NCBI GenBank assembly: GCA_964016885.1
Contig: OZ024746.1
Span: forward strand, 49,910,001-49,974,000
Reading direction: 5' to 3'
Source of the DNA: Eledone cirrhosa
Lineage: Eukaryota
DNA length: 64,000 bases
The position numbers and the translations under genes are program-made. This document shows, one piece after another, positions 39,537-51,504 of this stretch. Position 1 is the stretch's first letter, and each line of letters begins with the position of its first letter. Under the pieces are notes generated by a model. That model saw nothing but the letters and a program-made list of their open reading frames with translations. It was not told where the DNA came from and ran no database searches.

Positions 39537-39833
39537 GGGGATTTCTTTCTTCGTTTCTGTGCCTTTCCTTTCTTCTATCCTACGCCATTTTGTTTGTGTG
39601 TGGGTTGCGTGCTCAGTTTGCGCATGCGCCACATCCGGGTGTCTGTGTGTGTTTGTGTTCATTTTTCTATTTTTCTATTTATATTTGTTTGTTTATTTAT
39701 TTATTTATTGTTGGTTGGTTGTTTGTTCTATGTGTGTGTGTGTTTTCATTTTGTCTTGTGTGTGTTTTCATTTTGTGTGTGTTTTCAATTGTAAGTTGTT
39801 TGTTCTATGTGTGTGTGTGTTTTCATTTTGTCC

Positions 39834-41978
39834 TTAATTGTAAGTTGTGATGTTGCTGTTCCACTCATATTTTCTATTTAATTTTGGTTTTAATTCTTTT
39901 ATGCTTACTGCCTCTGTAATTTGCCTAAACATTGCGTCTTTCTTGTGTGTGGATTCTATTTTTATTTCTATGCTCTCTAATTTACCCCTGTGTTCTATCT
40001 TAGCATGTTGGTAGAGCACAGATGATTCTTTACTATCTTGGAGGTCTCGCCAGTGTTCATTTATTCGTTCCCCTATACTACGAGCTGTCTCACCTATGTA
40101 CACTATATTTTTGTTTCTACATTGTCCTTCAGTACATCTTATGCTATATACTACATTTCTAGTTTTACAGTTAATATGGGGGCTTATTTTACAGGTCATA
40201 CATTTCTTATCTATACATGAGGGTCTTTGGAACGGGTATGTCTTGCTAATAAGTGTTTTTACGGAGGTACCAGGTCTTTCTACTATCTTAATATTGAGAT
40301 TATGTTTCTTTAGGGCCCTTCTAAATTTGTAGGCTAGTTCGCCTCTAGGGGTTGTATTGATGAACATTACACTCTGGTATTTATTGCTATCATACCATGA
40401 GTTTATTCTATTGGCCTTGTTCTTAGTTCTTTCTATTCTATTCCAAAATTTGCTCCTATACAAGGGGCAGGTCCCATTTATGTCATTATTTACCATTTTT
40501 TCCCATTTGGTTCTGGCTCCTTTATACACTCTGATTCTATCTCTCTGATTGTAGCCAGAGAACTGCATACGGTGGATGAAGTGTTGTATGTGTCTCTCTA
40601 GTTCTTCGGGGTTGCACATGCGGGACACATTTCTCATCACCCGTATCAAATCCGCAATCAGTATGTTGATTTTGGTATGGTCCGAAATGGCCGAGTTTCG
40701 GTGGATCAGATGTTTGGAAGTCATGGGTTTGGCATAATGGGAATGGAGGATTTGTTTTTGGTTGTTAATAGTATCTAACCAGAGCTCTGTGTCTAGTACA
40801 GGTAATCGATGGTTGGGGTGTCTACTTGGGTAGTCTACAGTAACTCTAATGCTCTGGTGGATGGAGTTTGCTATTTGCTGGATGCTTTCCATTGTGTTTT
40901 TCTCTGGTTCCTGACTGTTCTTTAGTGGGGGTGTCTTAACTACGATGTTTATATCATCTACGTAGCGGGAGTACATTATCAGGGTTAAGCTGTCTTCTAA
41001 TTGTTCTTTAAGTTTTTGTTTAAGTCTACTGTCCCACCATACCATGAACAAGTTAGCTATGTCGCCTGCAATGCTAACACCAATGGCTGCTCCTTCCTCT
41101 TGGGCATATGTTTTACCATTAAATTTGAACATATGTTCCTTAAGGGTTAATTTTATGCTGGCCCCTACCGCATGTGCAATCATTTTCTTCAGTTTATCGT
41201 GGTTTTCGGGTGTCCGTATGGCTCTGGTCCACCCGTTCCATCTATCTGTGTGGGTTTTCTTGGCCATTGAGGTAATGGTAGGTGGTCTGCCTCTTGCTGG
41301 TCTTGTAGGGCACAGGTTGCTAAGGTCATAAGTGTCTAGGTAACTATTACTATGGGTAAGCTTAAGTAGAAGTCCCAGCTCACTGGTATCAATCCCACGG
41401 AACTCAACCTTGCTCTCGCTGATCATTTCGACGCATTTCTCCACAGCAAAATCCACGTCAATAGATGGATACAGGGACACAACATCCATACTGCCTATTA
41501 TGCAGTTTGTTAGGTCCCCAGATCGGTTACCCGCGCCGATTCTGCTGAGGAGGTCCTCCGTGCTGTCACACACATCTGGGGACATCTCAATGATGGGGCG
41601 TATGATCAGGGAGAGGAAGTAGGACAGTCTGTAGTTACTAGCAATGTTAGCCCCACAGACTGGCCGTGTTGGTGGTCCCGCGACAGGGTCCCAGCCCGTT
41701 TTATGGTCTTTTCGAAGCCCATACAACGCCGGCACGTCATTGTTCCAGGCCTGGAAGTTGTTGGCAGTCCTTTTGTTGGGCTGCATTATATTTGTCCACA
41801 TCACCATATGGGCATTGAGGGTTTTTTCTCTATCCTCATGCTCCTGTGGTGTTACCTCTCTTGTGTTAGTGATGTGGGGTTGCATTGCCTGGATGTAGTT
41901 TGGCAGGCTGTCAACCGACATTCTGCCAGACTTGTCTGATAGTAAAGCATGCTATCTCTCCATTACGCGAGCGCTGCA
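39834..41978 (-). pseudogene. 5'-truncated second PLE ORF copy (RT + GIY-YIG)
   Basis: Matches the first copy apart from T>I and E>K near TPENHD and a small indel at ~41939. Confidence 0.9.
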
Positions 41979-42000
41979 AAAAAAAAAAAAAAAAAAAAAA

Positions 42001-42426
42001 AAAACACTTATTAGCAAGACATACCCGTTCCAAAGACCCTCATGTATAGATAAGAAATGTATGACCTGTAAAATAAGCCCCCATATTAACTGTAAAACTA
42101 GAAATGTAGTATATAGCATAAGATGTACTGAAGGACAATGTAGAAACAAAAATATAGTGTACATAGGTGAGACAGCTCGTAGTATAGGGGAACGAATAAA
42201 TGAACACTGGCGAGACCTCCAAGATAGTAAAGAATCATCTGTGCTCTACCAACATGCTAAGATAGAACACAGGGGTAAATTAGAGAGCATAGAAATAAAA
42301 ATAGAATCCACACACAAGAAAGACGCAATGTTTAGGCAAATTACAGAGGCAGTAAGCATAAAAGAATTAAAACCAAAATTAAATAGAAAATATGAGTGGA
42401 ACAGCAACATCACAACTTACAATTAA
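42001..42426 (+). pseudogene. Inverted PLE GIY-YIG fragment
   Basis: KTLISKTYPF...YEWNSNITTYN on the plus strand after an A27 run. Confidence 0.9.
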
Positions 42427-42723
42427 GGACAAAATGAAAACACACACACACATAGAACAAACAACTTACAATTGAAAACACACACAAAATGAAAACACAC
42501 ACAAGACAAAATGAAAACACACACACACATAGAACAAACAACCAACCAACAATAAATAAATAAATAAACAAACAAATATAAATAGAAAAATAGAAAAATG
42601 AACACAAACACACACAGACACCCGGATGTGGCGCATGCGCAAACTGAGCACGCAACCCACACACAAACAAAATGGCGTAGGATAGAAGAAAGGAAAGGCA
42701 CAGAAACGAAGAAAGAAATCCCC

Positions 42724-42768
42724 AGTCACTGAAGAGGTCACAGAGTGTGTGACGAAAGAACTATGACT
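42724..42768 (+). ncRNA. Minimal hammerhead ribozyme in inverted pseudo-LTR
   Basis: agtca ctgaagag gtcac agagtgt gtgac gaaa gaac ta tgact; predicted cut after 42763. Confidence 0.8.
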
Positions 42769-43315
42769 ATATATATATATAAACAACTATCTGGTTGTGG
42801 AACCAACCAACCAACCAGAAATTTATAAATTTGTAAATTTATAAATATATATTAAATTAAATTGAAGTGAAAGCAACTGGTGCGTGTGTTTCTTATTGGC
42901 AACATGACCCTCCCAAAGTATAACAATATCGGTTTCAACACACGATTTCAGATAAAGAATCTTGCTAAACAAATTCAGAAACGAAATGTATATATATATA
43001 TATATATATATATTGCAAACAAAATCATAGTTTAATGTTTCTGAAGAAGACGGTCGAACTGGAATTTTGAGACTACAAATAGGTAGTAACGTAACCACTA
43101 CTATGCTAGTCGATACACCAATTTTCCACGATCGATCGACTCCCTGAAACGATCAGAAAACAATGAACTATTTAAATATCTACCGCTGATATCTGTCTTG
43201 TTTTCAATGTTCTATACGCACGCGCACACACATACGCGCACAGGCACACAGACACAGACACACACACACATCACACACACGCACACAGACACAGACACAC
43301 ACACACATCACACAC

Positions 43316-43385
<70 letters not shown>

Positions 43386-44339
43386 GTGAGTATGTGAGCA
43401 TGTGGGTGTATATGTTTGTTGATGTGTGTGTCCAATGATATTTTACAAACAGAATGGTAAGCTTGTTTTTAACAATAGATAACTTGATACGTCTCTGTAT
43501 TCATGTATTAACCTTAACCAAATATTTCTAAAACCAGAAGTTCTTTGTGAGAAATGTCAACATTTAGATAATGTCCATCTTCTATTTGTTCTATTTCTCT
43601 TTCTATCTCATTTCTTTGTCTCTGCTTCCCTAGCTATTTCTAATTGTCTTCCTGATATTTTTCACCGTTTGAGCCTCATAATTTATTAAGTTATTTTCAT
43701 GTTGTGTATCTCGAGTAAGTATTCATAGCACCGCTCATTACATCCCAAGATCTAACCACACACCTTTTCAGACACGATTCCTTCCTTTGTCCATATTTGT
43801 CTGTCTGTTCGCTTATGTGTACATATATCTGTGTGCATGTTTGTATATATGTATTTATTTGTTGCTATTTTTTTTATTTATTTGTGTATGTATGTTTACG
43901 TATATTTTTTCTCTTTAAAAATGTATGTATATGTTAGAATGTAAGCACGTATAGATATGTTTTCTTTTTAAACTTCAGTCTGAGATAAAGAAGCTGTGCT
44001 CATAGCGTTTGTAGTTCTCCCTAGATCGATGAGATCGATGAGATCAATACATGTGGTGTTCGGCTTGGACTACAGGTTGATAATTATCGGTAAGACATTA
44101 TTTACGCTAAGTTCGTCACGGTTGTATTTGTTACTCTGTATTGTATGTATGGTCCCATAATTTCTGATAGAGTCGTAGGGATGCCGTACTGACAGGCGGA
44201 GTTTCTTGGGCATTATTTAAGCCTAGCTGAGCTCATCCCTCTCCAGACCTGAGTACAGCAGATCTATTCCAGAGAGAGAGAGAGAGATAGAAAGAGAAAG
44301 AGAGAGAGAGAGAGAGGGGGGGAGAAAGAAATAAGCGAC

Positions 44340-44482
44340 CCGAGTACTAGACTGGTATTTTTTTATCGACCTTGAAAGGATGAAAGGCAAAGTTGACCTC
44401 GGCGGGATTTGAACTCAGAGAGCAGAGAGCCGGAACGAATAACATAAAACATTCTATCCAACGTTCTAACGACTCTACCGAA
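44340..44482 (-). mobile_element. Diverged SINE
   Basis: aaggatgaaaggcaaagttgacctcggcgggatttgaactcag. Confidence 0.8.
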
Positions 44483-44499
44483 CCATAAATAGGTAAATA

Positions 44500-44786
44500 T
44501 ACGAGGGAGGGTTGAACAGTTCATAGATTGACTATGAAGGAATGATGCTAGAGCTGTGAAATCTTGCAGGCATTAATTACAACTCTTCTTATTATTAACT
44601 GCATTTTTTCTTTCCATGGACTATGTTGAAAAAAAAAACAACAACCAAAGAAAAAACAAAAAAAACACACCCACCCTTATTTGGATATTCCACGGGAGTG
44701 TCTAGGTCAGCCTATCAACTTTTCAGCCTATGAACGTTGCAGCCTATGAATGTTTCAGCTTATAAACTTTTTAGGCGACTTTAGTA
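44500..44786. mobile_element. Possible degenerate mariner-type MITE with ~16-bp tandem repeats at the right end
   Basis: TACGAGGG...TTGAACAGTTCATAG start; repeated cagcctatgaac..tt units complementary to it. Confidence 0.4.
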
Positions 44787-44865
44787 TGTGTAGAAGCGTT
44801 GAAACAGGCGAACGGATACGAAACATTAAATTGTATAACGCTTGTCCATCATTATTAACGTATCC

Positions 44866-45050
44866 AGGGCGGTGGATTGGCAGTATCGGTAGAGGGTCGG
44901 ACGCCATGCTTTGACAAGAGTTACTGCCCTTGCCATTCTGAGTTCAAATCCCACCGAGGTTAACTTTGCCTTTCATCCTTACGGGGTCGATAAAATAAAG
45001 TACCAGTAATGTACTGGGTATTTGCTGGCCTTGTGCCAAAAGTAGAAACA
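44866..45050 (+). mobile_element. Full-length tRNA-derived SINE with ~15-bp TSD
   Basis: attattaacgtatcc (44851) / attattgacgcatcc (45051); A and B boxes. Confidence 0.9.
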
Positions 45051-45464
45051 ATTATTGACGCATCCTGATGTCTGTCTATCAACAGTTGTTTATTAGATCT
45101 AGTTATAAATTCATGTTTACTAATTAAAATTACCGTTTATGGCTATTAGTTACAATTACTCATTATCGCTATTAATTTCGATTGCTAATTTTGTTGTCAA
45201 TAACAATCGTCATCTGTAATTATAAAAGTTGATACTTAATTATAAAGCTGATATTGTTTTAACAGAAAAAATGTTTTGATATGATTCCTTAACAAACCAA
45301 ACAATAACGACAGAAACCGAAAAAACAACAACAAAAAACAAACAAAAACAAATAAACAAAACAAACAAACAACAAAAACAACTAAGGCCCAGAATACATT
45401 TTGTGTATTGTAACTTTTAAAAAAATATAAATTGTATAACTTTTATTATTGCCATTTTAATAGA

Positions 45465-46180
45465 TCGGTGGATTGACAGTATCGGACAACATGCCTTTAC
45501 GTTCTGAGTTCAAATTCCATCGAGACTAGCTTTATCTTTCATCCTTACGGGGGTCGATAAAATCAAGTACCAGTAATGCACTGGTGTCGATTTAATCGAC
45601 TTTTCCTACCCACTAAAATTGGTGGCCTCAAAAACCATTATTGTTAAAATTCAGAATGGCGGCAAAAAGGCTTGGCTGGTGGAGCGTCGAACAAAATACC
45701 CTACAGTATTTAATTGTTGCTTTTTACTTTCTGAGTTCAAATCCCCCCCACCCCCTGGTTAAGTTGGATTTAACGTCCATCTTTACCAGATCGATAAAGT
45801 ATGGTACCAACTAAATCACTGCGATCGATATAAACTCTTGGAACCATGACAGCATTGTAATGAGCGAAACCAGTAAAATGTAAAAGAGTAATTATATTTA
45901 ATCAACAATATTCCTCCTCTAAGTCATTGTATTTATGTTAGGTATCATTACTATTAAACCTTAAAAGGATGATGTTGGGAATGAGCAGAATTAACAGACC
46001 AGCGGACAAAATGCCTTGCGGTACATATGTTTCTTTATTTTCTGAGTTCAAATTGGACTAGGGTCTATGTTGATTGTTATCATTTCGGGGCCAACGAAAT
46101 TAAAGCACTAGTCAAGTACTAGTCAAGTACTGGGGTGTACAAAATCAACAATACCTCTTCCAAAATATTTGCCAGAAACA
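45465..46180 (+). mobile_element. Cluster of three older, diverged SINE copies
   Basis: ctgagttcaaat at ~45504, ~45732, ~46042, each followed by a degenerate core. Confidence 0.65.
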
Positions 46181-46578
46181 ATTACTGTTTTGCGCGGGAA
46201 CCTCTACACAGTCGGAAAAAACTACTCGAAAAAACTACTCGAAAAAGCTACACGAAAAGGAGAACTTGTCAACATCATCGGATGGTTCCGAAGCCGCAGG
46301 TTTTTTTTCAGAGTTTCCCTCTCTTAGAAAAGTGTTGTGACAACAACTGGGGGCCTTTCACTCCCAGGTGGAAAAAAAGTACTATTTGGATGACCGAGGA
46401 CTCTGTTGAGTCCCTCCGCACTTTTCCGGGTCTTATATTTCATCCCACAGGGTGTCCAAATATCACGCTCCTCACCAAGCAAGCTTAGTGGGGTTGGTAG
46501 TTTAGTCGCCGGCGACCCGACCATGAGACAGGTTGTACTTGGAAACATGAGACTAGTAGCATTCGAGTGCGACCTGAC

Positions 46579-46618
<40 letters not shown>

Positions 46619-46665
46619 GTCAGGTCGCACACGAATGCTACTAGTCTCATGTTTCCAAGTACAAC

Positions 46666-46737
<72 letters not shown>

Positions 46738-46810
46738 TTTAGGTTATGTAACTGTTATAGAAACACGTGTCAATAAATTCCTTTCAACTAAACTGTATCC
46801 ATTCAAATCT

Positions 46811-46857
<47 letters not shown>

Positions 46858-46862
46858 TATAT

Positions 46863-46983
<121 letters not shown>

Positions 46984-47099
46984 GTAATAATAATAAAATT
47001 GAAGACTAAAATCCAAAGTTTCAGAAGATCCCGTTAAGGGTGAAAGCAGCGATTCTTTGCTTAAACTTTAATCTGTTATTTTAATAAATATATATTTAT

Positions 47100-47137
<38 letters not shown>

Positions 47138-47149
47138 TAATCAGTATAC

Positions 47150-47448
47150 ACTGAGGATGAAAAACTCAGAGCTGTATGGGAGCATCCCAAAAGTCAGCTC
47201 AAAAGTGACACAGAGAAGACTGAGGTTGGCTGGACATGCTCACCGACATCCAGAGTTGACATTGCACTCAGTGCTCCTTTGGGAGCCCCTACATGGACAC
47301 ACTAGAAGAGGAAGACCAAGGTTAACATATGTTGATGCCCTAAGGACTGATACTGGTCTGTTGGAGATGCATGATATGGCAGCGATAATGAGGGACAGAG
47401 ACCGCTGGAGAGAACTCGTCCATGGATCTCGGGAATTTTACCCGCCTT

Positions 47449-47450
<2 letters not shown>
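47150..47450 (+). mobile_element. 3' fragment of an RTE-clade LINE in (TA)n
   Basis: RRLRLAGHAHRH...LLWEP..RRGRPRLTYVD..DRDRWR; stop codon abuts (AT)n. Confidence 0.8.
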
Positions 47451-47517
<67 letters not shown>

Positions 47518-48399
47518 ACATTAACATTACATTGTGTCATTGTTTTCATTTTATTAATTGATGGGGCTGAAATAATTTTATAAATGAACAAATTCTACAA
47601 ACAATATAGATAACGCTTATATTCAATATGCACCATCATATTGTTTCTTTAGCTTTTTATATGTTCTGCATATTAGTTTATGGTGGTTTTATTCATTCAT
47701 ATTATATGAGTGTATCTAGTTACCTATTAATGGCTTATTTCAAAATGTTCTGATAGCGTTGCTTCGGGTATTTATGAAACTTCAATGAATATTTGAGTGA
47801 TTATGGCAAGATGTATCCTATAAATATATATTTGGATTTCCATCATGATGTGTGTGCAAGGTTAAATTTGTATTGTGGAGAGAGAGTGAGAAGGAAAGAG
47901 AGAAAAGGAGAGAGATAGAAGGAGAGAGCAGAACTGAAGGGAGAAATGGAGAGAGAGAGAAATAGGGAGAGAGAGAGAGAGAGAGAGAGGGGGGGGTGAT
48001 GGATAGAGAACAAATAACAACAAAAAGAGATTTTAAAAAATCGTTAACAAATATTTGGCTTTAATAAATATTTAAAAGATATATTTATTGGAATATTCAC
48101 GATAGAACTCACATCATCTAGTTAATTTTATTGAAGATTTGGGATTTGATTTTCTTTATATGAATATCAAAGGACGAGTTTAAGACGAGAAATTAATGAG
48201 GCTTTTATTTATTGATAGAACAAATCTTGTTTGAAGAATATTTTCTTATGGAATCAGATCACGAGTTATATATGTTGTGATATATACGTAAAGTTTAATG
48301 AAAGAACCTCTTAAGATTTTTCTTTGTTAATTTTATAGGTAAAAACAAATCTGTTTACAAATCAACGATTTGAAATATCTATCTATCTATCTATCTATC

Positions 48400-48512
48400 T
48401 AAATTCCATCTGTGATAACATTTTACACGTTTTTATTGTATGTAAACTTCCCTCTTTGTATTTGTCCCCTTCTTTTGTGCCCCTGTGGCTAATAAAGAAA
48501 TATATCTATCTA
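48400..48512 (+). mobile_element. Solo 3' end of Tx1-like family D inside (ATCT)n
   Basis: Near-identical to 62463-62570; ATCT repeats on both sides. Confidence 0.88.
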
Positions 48513-48570
48513 TATATATATTCTACTTTATTCTACTTTACACAAATACAAATTAACGCCCACAACCGCA

Positions 48571-48609
<39 letters not shown>

Positions 48610-48658
48610 TTATCTCATACATACTTACACGAAGACACATACACACACACACACACAC

Positions 48659-48757
<99 letters not shown>

Positions 48758-48794
48758 CATATATATGTATATATATATATTAATACATACACAC

Positions 48795-48851
<57 letters not shown>

Positions 48852-49930
48852 CTTCCTTTATAAGTTTCGTTAATAATGAATAGGAATATTTCGTTCATCT
48901 GAAGAATCATTGAATTCCTTCTTCAGTATCTCATCTTGCTGAATTGCATAATATCTGATGAAATTAAGATAAATAGCTTCTTTGAGTATTAATATTATTT
49001 TTGTCGATTATTCACCATAATTAATTCGTTTCTCTTTTCATGATTGATTTCTCATAACTAATTTGGTTCTATTTTCAACATTGAATATTTAGAAGAATTT
49101 TAATTTTAGAAATGGAAATAATACATTAACAAATACGAGAAAATTGTTCAACCCACATAAATACTGCTAAATATAGGTAAGATGTCCAATGTAATAGCTA
49201 TTACTAACAAATGTAATTTCATGTAAACATTACGGAGATTCATGGCGACTCAGAATTCATACAACAAAAAAAGATAACTTTCAGTCACGCATATGACTTT
49301 CAAAATCATATAAAAGGGTATGTGCCAATGTTTATATGTAAGTATGTGTATGTGTGTGTTTGCGTGTGTACGTGTGTTTATCTGTGTGTGATTTCAACAT
49401 ATTACCATGTCGTATTTGGAGATTAATTGAGTGGTTGTTGTTGTTTTTGAGGTTGTGTTGTTGAAGGGGATGTTCTTTTTTTCTGTGATCCTTGAAAACC
49501 TATAACAAAAGATTAAACTCTTCAGGTTCTTTGAATTAATGTTTTCTCCGAAAATATTAGAATAGTTTGTGTTTATAGATGGACACACACGCATACATAT
49601 ACTTACTAACACACATTATCTTATGCATACAGATCCAACGAACGCGCATTGACTCTTGCATCACACCTATTCAATCTTGCATTGAAACACACATGAATAC
49701 ACATACAAACATTCACACACTCCACCACATATAAATACCTATGATTTTCTTAAACATGGCAGTCTGTTTGTTAAGAAGAGGACAATATATTGAACGTAGA
49801 AGATCATTACCCGGATTTTTCTTTAATTTTATTGTAGTGTATATTTTATCAATCACTACGTGATCAAAGGCAAACTTTAATCAAGTGAATTTGAAAACCA
49901 TACATGTTTGCATGCATGTATGTATGTGTG

Positions 49931-49962
<32 letters not shown>

Positions 49963-50025
49963 TGTATGTATGTATGTATGTATGTATGTATGTATGTATG
50001 TATGTATGTATGTGTGTATGTATGT

Positions 50026-50155
50026 GCCGCAGGTTTTATGTCGGAGTTAATCCAGTTTCCTGAGATGCCTTCTCCTAGAAGAATGCCCTGACAAGGGCTA
50101 GGGTTTCTTCACTCCCAGTGGTTTAACTGCGCGATCGGGCTTCCAGCCCGATTAT
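50026..50155 (-). mobile_element. Possible RTE 5' UTR fragment next to (TATG)n
   Basis: Minus strand ggcattcttctaggagaagg...aactccgacataaaacc resembles RTE leader motifs (recollection only). Confidence 0.4.
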
Positions 50156-50309
50156 TTCTATGTCCCCGCGCAAACAAAACAAAAAAACAAAACAAAAAAA
50201 TCACTTATTGACACTTATACGTACGACATACACACACGCGCATACATATGCGCGCACACAGCAACGCTCATACATACAAACAAACACACACACGCTACTC
50301 TACTCACTT

Positions 50310-50341
<32 letters not shown>

Positions 50342-50449
50342 TACCGTCATTACTGATACAAGATTACAAGATTATGTCAACTGTTGACTTTCAAGAGTTT
50401 GTATAGTTGAAGCCGATCGTACTACAGTCCAGTATTATTATAATTGCTT

Positions 50450-50600
50450 TACAGCATAGAGTCACGGCCCTCCACGCTCTGAGCTCAAATCCCGCCGAGG
50501 TCAACCTTGCCTTTCATCCCCACGGAGTCAACAAAAGAGAGTACCAGTGATGCGCTGGTCCAGTCGCTGGATCCGTGCCAAAAGCAGAAAAATTATTATT
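50450..50600 (+). mobile_element. 5'-truncated SINE
   Basis: gagctcaaatcccgccgaggtcaaccttgcctttcatccc...aattattatt. Confidence 0.8.
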
Positions 50601-51504
50601 AAAGTTGTTTTCTTAAGGCCCGGTCGCTGGTGATGGTGATGGCGGCGGAGGTAGTGGTGGTGGTGGCAGGTGATATTGTTGTTGTGTTGTGTGTGTGTGT
50701 GTTTTGTTATTTTGATTTTGTTTTTTTTTGTTTTTCTATCTTTTGATGCCGCTGTTGTTGTAAATGTTCATTTCAGTTCATTCTGAAGCTGTTGTTGCTG
50801 TAAACATTAGTGCCGGTGTTGTTGTTGTAGATGTTGGAGTTGAAATCTGGTCGTTTGACTGAGTGATGTATATACACACATATACATACATATATATATA
50901 TATATATACATTCAACAGAGAGTAAAGAGTTTCACAATAGGTCGATGACTTTAGTCTAGATAGGGTAATGACATGTGATGGTGGGGAGAGAGTGTATAAG
51001 TTATTGTGGTGGCGGGGGAGAGTGCGATGTATCTAGTTCATTTGACCGTTTTCTTCTCTTTGCAAAATTTGAATTTTAGCCATGTTATATTGAGATGTAA
51101 GTAAATGTAAAATGTAAAATATAAATAAGGATTGCTCTGCTAAAATATACTAAAATATTTGTGTAACTTCCACAAACTTCTGTCGTGACATTCCCGAGTC
51201 CAGTGACCAACAAATTGTTGTATTTTGATGTTTCAGAATACAAAAATTAATTAAAAACTTACCCCACGAAAAGACAGTGTGTGTTGTCCTATCTATAAGC
51301 TCCCTCAGTAGTTACCGATGATGTTGATCTTTTCTTCTTTTCGGGTTATAGCTACTGTCGCTCAGAGAGTGGGATTGGCTCAGTGCCCAGTCTTTCCTCA
51401 CTTTAAAAATATTCGTCACGCACAGGCATTGCACGAGTGCATTAATAATTATTAATAGTGTACTATTATTATTATTATTATTATTATTACTATTATTATT
51501 ATTA

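Larger units (their letters stand above)
35063..42987 (-). mobile_element. Penelope-like element with C-terminal GIY-YIG: full unit, tandem 5'-truncated unit and inverted 3' segment
   Basis: 4268-bp tandem period (35206 vs 39474); second unit ends ~41978; inverted copy ~42001-42987; (TA)n at both outer ends. Confidence 0.95.

Noticed and set aside
39333-41978. Assembly duplication of the PLE
   Set aside because: Copies differ at a few sites and the structure fits known PLE insertions; not fully excluded without reads.
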